Shown here piece after piece: positions 17,315 to 26,104 of a stretch of DNA of 29,695 nucleotides (positions are counted from its first letter, which is position 1; every line of letters begins with the position of its first letter). Source of the stretch: Elusimicrobiales bacterium (GTDB lineage Bacteria > Elusimicrobiota > Elusimicrobia > Elusimicrobiales > UBA9959); NCBI GenBank assembly GCA_049972095.1, contig JBMFKQ010000020.1, positions 1 to 29,695 of the forward strand, written 5' to 3'. Under the pieces are notes generated by a model. That model was given only the letters and a program-made list of their open reading frames with translations, made no database searches and had not been told where the DNA came from. The position numbers and the translations under genes are program-made.

Positions 17315-18082
17315 ATGATAAAGATAAATCTACTTTTTGCGGCAAAGGATTTCATTAAAACCTCCTTACTTATTGAGATGATAAAGAGAAATGAATATAA
17401 TCTTGTAACATCAACCAAGTCAACAGAGGTGTTTGCTCTACTTGAAGCCAGGAAGATTGATCTTCTCATTATTGCTCAGGAGCTTCAAGATGTCAGTGGA
17501 CTTGTGCTTCTTAAAAATATACGCAGTTCAAAGTTTAAGGAGATTCCTGTTGTTGCAATTGTTGAGTCTCCGACCTCAGTTATAAGCTCAATACCGAAAG
17601 AGATCTCATCCGATCTTATTTTTTCTTATGGTTCAACTCCGAAAAGCAGACAGGATTCGCAGACAATAACATACAAGCTTGCCTTCTTTCAGCTTGGTGC
17701 AGATGAGGTTCTTTTTTATGACCAGGACCTTCATGAAAGCGTAGCGAGGATAAAAGCTGTTATAAGAAGAATAGCTCCTAAGCAAGTCCCTGAGGTTATA
17801 AAGGTTAATGAGATAGAGCTTGATATGACAAGCTACACTGTTAAGGTCTTTGGCAAAGAGATAAAGGTTACAGCAAAGGAGTTTGATCTTCTCTATGTTT
17901 TTTTGAGTTCTCCAAACAGAGTGCTTTCAAGACCTTATTTGCTTGAAAGAATTTGGGGTTTCAATTATTTTGGTTCTCCCAGAACTGTTGATGTCCATAT
18001 AAGAAGACTTAGAGCAAAACTTAGTAAAGCTGCAAAGTATATACATACCGTCCCTTGTGTTGGATATAAGTTTATACCATAA
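17315..18082 (+). CDS. OmpR/PhoB-family regulator with degenerate (pseudo) receiver domain
   Basis: C-terminal winged helix TAKEFDLL, RVLSR..LLERIWG, RTVDVHIRRLRAKL, TV..VGY; N-terminal receiver-like domain; ATG 17315 after SD AAGGAG. Confidence 0.9.
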   Translation: MIKINLLFAAKDFIKTSLLIEMIKRNEYNLVTSTKSTEVFALLEARKIDLLIIAQELQDVSGLVLLKNIRSSKFKEIPVVAIVESPTSVISSIPKEISSDLIFSYGSTPKSRQDSQTITYKLAFFQLGADEVLFYDQDLHESVARIKAVIRRIAPKQVPEVIKVNEIELDMTSYTVKVFGKEIKVTAKEFDLLYVFLSSPNRVLSRPYLLERIWGFNYFGSPRTVDVHIRRLRAKLSKAAKYIHTVPCVGYKFIP

Positions 18083-18092
18083 TGGAGGGTTG

Positions 18093-18467
18093 ATGGAAAG
18101 AAGGATTCTCATAGTTGATGATGATGCAAATATGAGAGAGAGTTTGTCTGAATCACTTGATCTAGAAGGTTTTAAGTGTTTTGAAGCAAAAAATTCAAAA
18201 GAAGGGCTTGAGCAATTTAAAAAAAATTTGCCTGATGTTGTTATAATGGATATACAGCTTCCAGATTCAATAGGTTTTCAGCTCTGTCAGGAGATGAGAA
18301 AGCTTTCAAAGGATGTTGTTATAATAATGATGAGCGGAAGGTTTCTTTCTTCTGAAGAAAAGACTCAAGGGTTTACTCTGGGTGCTGATGAATATATAAC
18401 AAAGCCTTTCGATATAAGGGAGCTTTCTGTTAGAATAAAGCAGCTTCTTTCAAGAAAAGGGAAATAA
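18093..18467 (+). CDS. Single-domain response regulator (receiver only)
   Basis: ILIVDDD, PDVVIMDIQLPD, MMSG, GADEYITKPF; ATG 18093 after SD GGAGG. Confidence 0.95.
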   Translation: MERRILIVDDDANMRESLSESLDLEGFKCFEAKNSKEGLEQFKKNLPDVVIMDIQLPDSIGFQLCQEMRKLSKDVVIIMMSGRFLSSEEKTQGFTLGADEYITKPFDIRELSVRIKQLLSRKGK

Positions 18468-18485
18468 CAAAGTGATTTTAGGAGA

Positions 18486-19907
18486 ATGTTTATGAAAAAG
18501 ATTTCTGTTTTTTTGTTTCTTTTATCTTTTGCAGTTTCACTTACAACACAGGAAAATAAAGATAAGAAAGTTGATGTTGATATATATTTTGAGCCATTTA
18601 CTGCCTCTGGATGGCAGAGTTTTATCTATCTTGATCTGATAAGCAGAAAAACTTCTGCTTTCAACATAAGAATCTATCCTTTTATAAAAAAAAAGGAAGG
18701 TGGTTGGTTGTCAAATTATAATGAAGCTGAGTTAAAAGAAACTGCAAGGCTTGAAGCACTTATAGAAAAATATCCGTCGAAATTGAACGATTATTTGAGG
18801 GTGAGGGCTATTAGTATCTCTGTTGAAGGCTGGAAGGATGCACTAATCTATGCTGGAATAAATCCTGTTGAGTTTGATGATTATGTTGAAAAGAACAAAG
18901 ATATGCTTCTTGAAAATGCTTTTAACAGGTTGAAGAAAAGAAACATTGAAAAACCGGCTGTCTATGTTAGATCAGAAAGATTTGATGGCTTTTCAAATTT
19001 TTTAGATGCTGTTGGTGTGATGAATAAGTTTCTTCCTCAGATAAGAAGATTTAATCTCTTTACAGATTCTCTTTCTAAAATAAAACCACCACGATTTATC
19101 ATAGTTTATGACACTAACACTTCTATAGACCAAAATATAGTTATGTCGTTTAAAAAAATGTTTGGTGAGTTGAGGGAAGAAAGTTTTTTATATGAGAATC
19201 TTAATATACCTATCAAGGATAAACTTTTTGCTATTCCTGCTTATATAATAGAAAAGAAATCAAGTGTTAAAGAATATCTTGGCTATGCGATTAAACAGGG
19301 AATAATGGAGGATTTGGGTGATTATTATGTTTATTATGATATGAGAAATGAGGCAAGGCTTCTTAAGTCTCAAAAGAAAACAGATAAACTTGAAGTTTTT
19401 GTGATGTCTCAATGTCCTTTTGGGGTTAAGGCAGTTGAATCTATTATTGACTATATAGAAAGAGGGAAGATTGAAAGTTCTGCTTTGTCCATCCACTATA
19501 TAGGAGATGTTTACGAAGATCTTGGAGGATACAGGTTTAATTCACTTCATGGTGATGATGAGTGGAAGGAAGATATGAGACAGATTGTTATATCAAAATA
19601 CTATCCTGATAAATTTTTTACCTATATGAAGCTAAGGTTGAAAAACTACCAATCACCTGACTGGCAGTCTTATGCAAAAGAGGCTCAAATACCTATAACT
19701 GATCTTGAGGACAAGATTGAAAAAGAAGGTAAAAAACTTCTTGCTGATGATTTTAGATACACCTCATCACTAAAAATAAACACCTCTCCAACATTTCTTG
19801 TCAATGGCGATAGAGTTATTGTTGGAATTTCAAATCTTAAAAAGATTAAGGGATATGAGGATATAAATATTGATGTTTCAAATGCTGTGGGTGGTTGTGG
19901 AAAATAA
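18486..19907 (+). CDS. Exported protein with repeated thioredoxin/DsbA(GILT)-like domains
   Basis: Signal peptide; LEVFVMSQCPFG, SLHG..E, SPTFLVNG (cis-Pro-type motif); C-terminal GGCGK. Confidence 0.7.
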   Translation: MFMKKISVFLFLLSFAVSLTTQENKDKKVDVDIYFEPFTASGWQSFIYLDLISRKTSAFNIRIYPFIKKKEGGWLSNYNEAELKETARLEALIEKYPSKLNDYLRVRAISISVEGWKDALIYAGINPVEFDDYVEKNKDMLLENAFNRLKKRNIEKPAVYVRSERFDGFSNFLDAVGVMNKFLPQIRRFNLFTDSLSKIKPPRFIIVYDTNTSIDQNIVMSFKKMFGELREESFLYENLNIPIKDKLFAIPAYIIEKKSSVKEYLGYAIKQGIMEDLGDYYVYYDMRNEARLLKSQKKTDKLEVFVMSQCPFGVKAVESIIDYIERGKIESSALSIHYIGDVYEDLGGYRFNSLHGDDEWKEDMRQIVISKYYPDKFFTYMKLRLKNYQSPDWQSYAKEAQIPITDLEDKIEKEGKKLLADDFRYTSSLKINTSPTFLVNGDRVIVGISNLKKIKGYEDINIDVSNAVGGCGK

Positions 19908-19960
19908 TTTTAATTTTTTGAAATAATTAGTTAATAGTTTTTTTGATAGTATATCTATGT

Positions 19961-21826
19961 ATGGTTAAAAGGAAAAGAGGTAAGCTCTTTTATAAACTTC
20001 TTTTTATACTTCTTGTTGTTTCCCTCCTACCTCTTGGTGTAGTGAGCTACTATCTTGTTGACCTTACCAGGCTAACCCTCAATAAATCAATAATAAGAGA
20101 TCAGGAGGCTCTTGCAATAGCATTCAGTGATACAGTTGCAAACTATGTAATGTCATTTAGAAATCTTCTTTATGATGCAGCTCATCTTGAGGATTTCTCT
20201 TCAATGAATTTGAATAAAATAAGACCTTTCCTTAACAATATGATGCAGATACATTCTGCTTTTCTTGAACTTTCAGTTTTAGATCCTTTGGGTCAGGAGG
20301 TAATAAGGATATCAAGATATGAGGATGAAAAGGGTTTAAGGGATTTTATAAATAGCCCGATTTATCAAAGAAGCGTTAGATCAGGTGAGTTCATAGGAGG
20401 TTTTGAAAGATACAGGGGTAAAATACCATCAATAACAATAGCAGTAAGCATAATTAATTCCAAAAATCCAGGTTATGTTGGTGGTATTCTTGTGGGAAGG
20501 TTGAGTCTTGGAACTCTCTCGGGGCTATTGAAAGCAAGTTTTCCTGATCCATCACAAACGAGGGTTGCGATAGTTGATCTTAATGGATATATAATAGCTC
20601 ATTCTGTTGAGGGTGAGGCTGAAAAACCAAATGCAAGGCTCAGTGATGATGTGCTTAAAATACTCCTTGGCAACGATGCTAAAAGTGGAGGTGGTGAGAT
20701 AATCCTTTCTAATGGAGTAAAGGTGCTTGGTGCTTTTAGCGAGGTTTCTGGGCTTGGCTGGATTGTTTATATCGAAAGATCTATAAATGTTGCATACAAG
20801 GCATCAGAGGAGCTTATAAAAAAAACAGCTCAGGTAATGCTTCTTGTAGTAGTTTTTGTTATGTTTCTCGGATGGTTGCTTTCTATAATCCTCACACAAC
20901 CAATACAAGCACTTAGAGAGGCAGCTTCAAAGATAGCTGAAGGGAATTTTGATTTTGAAGCAGATCTTATAATTCCAGATAACGAGATAGGAGAACTTGC
21001 TCATACATTTATGGAGATGAGTGAATCACTTAAGATTAAAACATCTGAGATACTTGCTGCAAAGGAAGAGCTTGAAAAACTTAATAGAACCCTTGAAAAT
21101 AGAGTTGAGGCAAGGACAAGAGAGCTTAAATCTGCTCAGGAAGAGCTTATAAAAAAGGAAAGGCTTGCAGCTATGGGACAGATGGCTTCTGTTGTAAGTC
21201 ATGAGATAAGGAATCCCCTTGCTGTTATGAATAACTCAATATATTTTATAAAAGCAAAGCTTGGTTCTTCTGCCGATCCAAAGATTCTAAAACATATAGA
21301 TATAATTGAATCTGAGATAAGACAGGCAAATGGTATTATAGATGAGATACTCAGTTTTGCAAGAACACGTGAGCTTAAGCCAAAACCTACTGACCTCAAC
21401 AATTACATTGAAGAAATTATTTCAACCTATCCGTTGCCTGGGCATATAACTCTTGAAAGGTTCTTCTACAAAGGTAGGATAATAGTTGATATTGATCAGG
21501 ATGAGATGAATCAGGTTATAAGAAATCTTATAAAAAATGCAGTAGAGGTGATGCCTGAGAGTGGAAAGATAACAATAAGAACAGATGTAAGTGTTGAGAG
21601 AATGGCAAGAATAGAGGTATCAGATACTGGTCCTGGAATACCAAAAGAGGTGCTTGAAAAACTTTTTACACCATTTTTTACAACAAAGGCAAGAGGAACT
21701 GGGCTTGGTCTTGCGGTTGTTAAAAAAGTTATGGAAAGGCATAAGGGTAAGGTTGAGATAGACACACAACAAGGTAAAGGCACTACCTTTAAACTCTATA
21801 TACCAATAAAAGAGATAATTGCTTAA
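19961..21826 (+). CDS. Membrane sensor histidine kinase (TM-Cache-like-TM-HAMP-coiled coil-HisKA-HATPase)
   Basis: Two TM helices, AIVDLNGYIIAHS and LGWIVYIE (Cache-like), PIQAL..NEIGELA (HAMP), SHEIRNPL, NLIKNA, DTGPGI, FTPFFTTK, GTGLGL; ATG 19961 preferred. Confidence 0.96.
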   Translation: MVKRKRGKLFYKLLFILLVVSLLPLGVVSYYLVDLTRLTLNKSIIRDQEALAIAFSDTVANYVMSFRNLLYDAAHLEDFSSMNLNKIRPFLNNMMQIHSAFLELSVLDPLGQEVIRISRYEDEKGLRDFINSPIYQRSVRSGEFIGGFERYRGKIPSITIAVSIINSKNPGYVGGILVGRLSLGTLSGLLKASFPDPSQTRVAIVDLNGYIIAHSVEGEAEKPNARLSDDVLKILLGNDAKSGGGEIILSNGVKVLGAFSEVSGLGWIVYIERSINVAYKASEELIKKTAQVMLLVVVFVMFLGWLLSIILTQPIQALREAASKIAEGNFDFEADLIIPDNEIGELAHTFMEMSESLKIKTSEILAAKEELEKLNRTLENRVEARTRELKSAQEELIKKERLAAMGQMASVVSHEIRNPLAVMNNSIYFIKAKLGSSADPKILKHIDIIESEIRQANGIIDEILSFARTRELKPKPTDLNNYIEEIISTYPLPGHITLERFFYKGRIIVDIDQDEMNQVIRNLIKNAVEVMPESGKITIRTDVSVERMARIEVSDTGPGIPKEVLEKLFTPFFTTKARGTGLGLAVVKKVMERHKGKVEIDTQQGKGTTFKLYIPIKEIIA

Positions 21827-22386
21827 AGATTTTTTAAAAGTTTTGTAAAGTAGTTTATCATAAAAAGATATTCAGTATTCTCCACAATTATTCTTGCCTC
21901 AGATATATTTTTCCCAACAGCAACAATACCATGTCTTTCAAGAAGTATTATGTTGCTTTTTGATGCGGCAATAGCTGCTTTTTGTGCAAGTTTATCACTC
22001 CCTGGCTTTTCATATTCCACAAATGCCATTTTACCTGCAATTTTTCTAAACTCAACTGTTAGTGAGTAGTCTATCTTCATTCCAGAATTCATACATATTA
22101 GAACAAATGGTGGATGTGCATGTATTATGGCATTTATATCCTTTCTTCTTTTGTATATCTCTATGTGAAGTTTAAATTCAGACGATGGTTTTATGGTGTT
22201 TATCATATTTCCATTAATATCAATACATGATAGAAGTTTTTCACTAAGCTCATCCTTGCTTATTCCGGCAGGTGTTATGTATATTCTGTTTCTCAATCTT
22301 ACACTTATATTTCCACTTGAACCTGGAAATATACCAGATTCTTTCATAAGCCTTGCATATTTTATAATCAATTCAATTTCCTGCAT
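21823..22386 (-). CDS. Class II aldolase/adducin family protein (FucA/MtnB-like)
   Basis: GNISVR, ITPAG, KPSSE..LH..IY, IHAHP, LLERHG. Confidence 0.92.
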   Translation of the reverse strand: MQEIELIIKYARLMKESGIFPGSSGNISVRLRNRIYITPAGISKDELSEKLLSCIDINGNMINTIKPSSEFKLHIEIYKRRKDINAIIHAHPPFVLICMNSGMKIDYSLTVEFRKIAGKMAFVEYEKPGSDKLAQKAAIAASKSNIILLERHGIVAVGKNISEARIIVENTEYLFMINYFTKLLKNL

Positions 22387-23234
22387 AGTTCAGTCTTTTT
22401 TATTATCTCCACAACTCCCTTCTTATTGTTTAGGGTAAAGAAATGTATTCCTGATATCTTAGTCTTTATGACTTTGTCAACCATATCCGATATGTATTCT
22501 ATGCTTGCTTTGAAGAAATCATCCTTTTTTTTATCAGACGAAAATTTTTCAATTATTCTTCTATAAGTATGTGGTATTGATATATTTGAGGCTTTCATAA
22601 CAATGTTTTTGAATATCTTATATGATGTTACCGGCATTATTCCTGCTATGACAGGTATTTTGATAGAATTTTTTTCAAGTATTTCAATGAATCTCTCAAG
22701 CTCGCATATATCTAAAAACATCTGTGTTATACCAAACTTTGCTCCAAGTTCTATCTTTTTCTTAATAAGTTCTATCTCTTTTTCCATAGGTGTGTCTGGA
22801 TGAGAGGCTGGATAGAGTGCTACACCGCATGAGAAAAATGATGGTATGATTTTGAGAAGATCAAGTGAGCTTGTAAAAGCCTTTTTTACTCTTTTTATAT
22901 CTTCATCATTCTCGTCACCTTTAAGGGCAAGTATGTTTTTGAAATCAAGCCTCTTCATCTCCTCAAGTATGAATCTTATTTCTTTTTCAGTATTACCAAC
23001 ACATTTCATATGAATCATTATATTGAAACCAAATTTTTCTCTGAGGATTTTTGCAAGGGCTATATGTTTTGTTTTCCCCCATTTTTTTGAATCAGTTATT
23101 GAAACAAAATCAGGATTGAAGTCTTTTATCCTTTTTGAAGTTTCAAAGACATCATCAATCCTTTTTTCATCAGTTGGGGGAAAAAGCTCAAAGGAGAGGG
23201 TTTTTTTGTTTTTAAGAATCCTTTCTATTCTCAT
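22368..23234 (-). CDS. metF: Methylenetetrahydrofolate reductase family protein
   Basis: SFELFPP, PDFVSIT, ILALKGD, ITQMF, PVIAGIMP, GIHFFTLN. Confidence 0.9.
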   Translation of the reverse strand: MRIERILKNKKTLSFELFPPTDEKRIDDVFETSKRIKDFNPDFVSITDSKKWGKTKHIALAKILREKFGFNIMIHMKCVGNTEKEIRFILEEMKRLDFKNILALKGDENDEDIKRVKKAFTSSLDLLKIIPSFFSCGVALYPASHPDTPMEKEIELIKKKIELGAKFGITQMFLDICELERFIEILEKNSIKIPVIAGIMPVTSYKIFKNIVMKASNISIPHTYRRIIEKFSSDKKKDDFFKASIEYISDMVDKVIKTKISGIHFFTLNNKKGVVEIIKKTELCRKLN

Positions 23235-24235
23235 TATTTAACAAATCCAATTCTTTTTGGTGGCCAGTATATGAATAAAGGGCTTCCCTTTATATACCTT
23301 TCAGGCACAGGCCCCCAGTATCTTGAATCACACGAGCGATCTCTATTATCCCCCATTACAAAATAACTTTTTGGTGGCACTGTTACAGGTCCAAAATTAT
23401 CTCTTACAAACTCAGAAAAATACTTTCCACTTTCTCTCTTCTCCCAAAGCTCTTGTATAAGTTTTTTGTCAATATCCTTTGAAAGAGATGGAATTCTTTT
23501 CGGATCTATATATGTAGCATATTTTTCCTCACCTATTGCAACTCCATTTATGAAAGGAATACCATTTTTTATCTCAACAGTTTCACCCTCAAGCCCTATG
23601 ACTCTTTTAACAAAGTCCTTTCCATACTGTCTTCCACCACAGTGATACTCATCAGGATTTTCACTCGGGAATCTAAAGACTACAATATCTCCTCTTTGAA
23701 TTTTTCTAAAATTAAAAATCTTTTTATCTGTAAAAGGTATTCTTATACCGTATCTTGCTTTGTTTACAAAGAGATGATCACCTTCAATAAGAGTGTATCT
23801 CATTGACCCACTTGGTATCTTGAATGCCTGAATAAAGCAATACATCACAATAGCGGCTAGAACAAATGCTGTAAAGAATGTATCCCCCCATTCCCTGTCT
23901 TTCTTTATAAAAAGCGGAAGCTGGGTTTTAGGATCCTTTGAAAATGTGGGTGTGAAGAATGGGGTTATTGGGTAGAGCCACCCTATAACTGCAAAAAGAA
24001 GGGCAAATATAAACTGTTTTAGGGTTATAAAGCTTGCTGTTACTATCTCCCCTTGCTGGTTGTCTATTATAACAATAAGAAGAAAACCAGTGATAAAGCC
24101 TGCCATCGCAAGAAAAATGCTGTGCCATAATATAGCAAATCTTTCTGAATCAAATTTTTTCTTCTCACGGAAATATTCTGTAAAAAAAAGATAAACTCCC
24201 GAAACAACTCCTACAACAAAAAGCTTTTCTTCCAT
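23234..24235 (-). CDS. lepB: Signal peptidase I with multi-TM N-terminal extension
   Basis: IPSGSM (Ser), TLIEGD, DFVKRVIG (Lys), GDNRDRSCDSRYWG; SD AAGGAG. Confidence 0.96.
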   Translation of the reverse strand: MEEKLFVVGVVSGVYLFFTEYFREKKKFDSERFAILWHSIFLAMAGFITGFLLIVIIDNQQGEIVTASFITLKQFIFALLFAVIGWLYPITPFFTPTFSKDPKTQLPLFIKKDREWGDTFFTAFVLAAIVMYCFIQAFKIPSGSMRYTLIEGDHLFVNKARYGIRIPFTDKKIFNFRKIQRGDIVVFRFPSENPDEYHCGGRQYGKDFVKRVIGLEGETVEIKNGIPFINGVAIGEEKYATYIDPKRIPSLSKDIDKKLIQELWEKRESGKYFSEFVRDNFGPVTVPPKSYFVMGDNRDRSCDSRYWGPVPERYIKGSPLFIYWPPKRIGFVK

Positions 24236-24315
24236 AGTTTATCTCCTTTGACTTAAAAGCTATAAGAATATGATAGCAAATTTATTTTTTAAGTTTAGTG
24301 CTGTTTATTGCAATA

Positions 24316-24324
24316 TGATATAAT
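24316..24324 (+). promoter_or_regulatory. Extended -10 promoter for the PIG-L/WecA operon
   Basis: TGATATAAT (TGnTATAAT) in the divergent lepB/PIG-L intergenic region. Confidence 0.6.
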
Positions 24325-24353
24325 AACATTTGAATAGATATATCGGCGTATGA

Positions 24354-24995
24354 ATGAAGAGATGTGGTATGGATAGTAAAAAAATTCTCGTTTTAAGCCC
24401 TCATCCTGATGATATGGAGTTTGGTTGCGGTGGCACGGTATATAAATTTTCAAAAAAAGGCTACAGTATTTTTATATATCTTGCTACTCGGGGAGAGTAT
24501 GGAGGTTTGGCTGAGATAAGAGAAACTGAGCAAAAGAGATCTGCCTCAATTATTGGTGCAAAGCTTATATGGGGTAGCTTTAATGATACAGAGGTTTTTT
24601 TCAAGAGAGATCTGATAAATGAGATTGAAAGAACAATTAAAAAAGTTAAACCATTTCTTATATTTGTGAATTTTTTTAAGGATACTCATCAGGATCATGT
24701 TGCTTTATCTAAGGCAACAATAACAGCTGCCAGATACATCAATAACATTCTTTTTTATGAAACCCCAACTTCAATAGATTTCTTACCTAACATATATTTT
24801 GATATAGGTGATGTAATTAAAAAAAAGGAAAAACTCCTTCTTGCCCACGAATCTCAGGTTGATAAAACAAGGGTTAAAAACCTTTCAATAATAGAGAGTG
24901 CTTACAGCACAGCAGTTTTTAGGGGATATCAGGCAAGGGTTAAATATGCAGAGGCTTTTCTTTCCCAGAGGTTTCTTCTTAACAGCTATATATGA
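24354..24995 (+). CDS. PIG-L/LmbE family N-acetylglucosaminyl deacetylase
   Basis: PHPDDMEFGCGG, TRGEYG, RETEQ, HQDH, YAEAF; start may be ATG 24369. Confidence 0.92.
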   Translation: MKRCGMDSKKILVLSPHPDDMEFGCGGTVYKFSKKGYSIFIYLATRGEYGGLAEIRETEQKRSASIIGAKLIWGSFNDTEVFFKRDLINEIERTIKKVKPFLIFVNFFKDTHQDHVALSKATITAARYINNILFYETPTSIDFLPNIYFDIGDVIKKKEKLLLAHESQVDKTRVKNLSIIESAYSTAVFRGYQARVKYAEAFLSQRFLLNSYI

Positions 24996-26104
24996 GATTT
25001 TTTTCTTTCATCATTCTAATAATTTTCTTGATAATAATTCCTCCCGCAGGCTTTTCTGCCTGGAGTTTTGAAAGCGGTGTTAGATGGTTTTATCTCTTTA
25101 TGGTATCTTTTCTTTTCTACCATATACTTCACCCTTTTATACTTAAAATCTCTTACAAATACAACATTATGGATATTCCTGATCCCAGAAAGTTGCATAA
25201 AAGTCCTATTCCAAGAATTGGTGGGTTAGGAATATTTTTATCCTTTATCTTTGGTGTTTTACGAAACTTCCAATTTTCAAAAGAGATAATATCTTTACTT
25301 ATCGCATCATGTGTTATATTTGTTGTTGGTTTTTTTGATGATGTAAAGAATCTTTCTGCCATAAGAAGGCTTTTCTTTCAAATTCTTGCATCTCTTATTG
25401 TTGTTTTTGGAGGAATATATGTAAGATTTCCGCTATCATGGGGGGATGCTGGATTAATCTTATCCTACATCGTTAGTGTGCTATGGATTGTTGGCATAAC
25501 AAACACATTCAACTTTATGGATGGTATAGATGGACTTGCAGCTACGCTTTCTCTTGTTATATCTATTATATTTTTGGTAATAGTTGTAAATACATCGCAA
25601 GTATATGTAATGTTCATAACATCATCACTTTGCGGCAGTGTTTTAGGATTTCTTTTTTATAACTGGCATCCTGCAAAGATTTTTATGGGTGATGGAGGTT
25701 CAACTTTTTTGGGTTTTATACTTGCGGTGACAAGCATATATGTTTGGTGGGCTGATAACAATCCTTTTGTTGCTTTTTCTGCACCTATTATGGTTCTATT
25801 TGTGCCAATTTTTGATCTCTTATACACAACAGTTTCAAGAATAAAAAATGGACTTATCAAAAATTTTTATGATTGGCTTGTCTATGCTGGCAGGGATCAT
25901 ATACATCATAGAATACTGAATTTAGGTTTTTCTACGCCACAAACAGTTTTAATAATATCGCTTTTAAATCTTGTATGTGGCTTTGCAGCAATAAATATGG
26001 TAGTTGAATCAAAAGAAATTGAGTTTTTTATATCAGCTGCACAGATTATCTCTATTTTCACTATAATTGTTTTATTTATGAGAAGAGGTAGAGAAGATGT
26101 TTAA
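24992..26104 (+). CDS. MraY/WecA/TagO family undecaprenyl-phosphate HexNAc-1-phosphate transferase
   Basis: D.P..RKLH..PIPRIGG, FFDD, NTFNFMDGIDGL, PAKIFMGDGGS, DHIHH. Confidence 0.94.
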   Translation: MRFFSFIILIIFLIIIPPAGFSAWSFESGVRWFYLFMVSFLFYHILHPFILKISYKYNIMDIPDPRKLHKSPIPRIGGLGIFLSFIFGVLRNFQFSKEIISLLIASCVIFVVGFFDDVKNLSAIRRLFFQILASLIVVFGGIYVRFPLSWGDAGLILSYIVSVLWIVGITNTFNFMDGIDGLAATLSLVISIIFLVIVVNTSQVYVMFITSSLCGSVLGFLFYNWHPAKIFMGDGGSTFLGFILAVTSIYVWWADNNPFVAFSAPIMVLFVPIFDLLYTTVSRIKNGLIKNFYDWLVYAGRDHIHHRILNLGFSTPQTVLIISLLNLVCGFAAINMVVESKEIEFFISAAQIISIFTIIVLFMRRGREDV

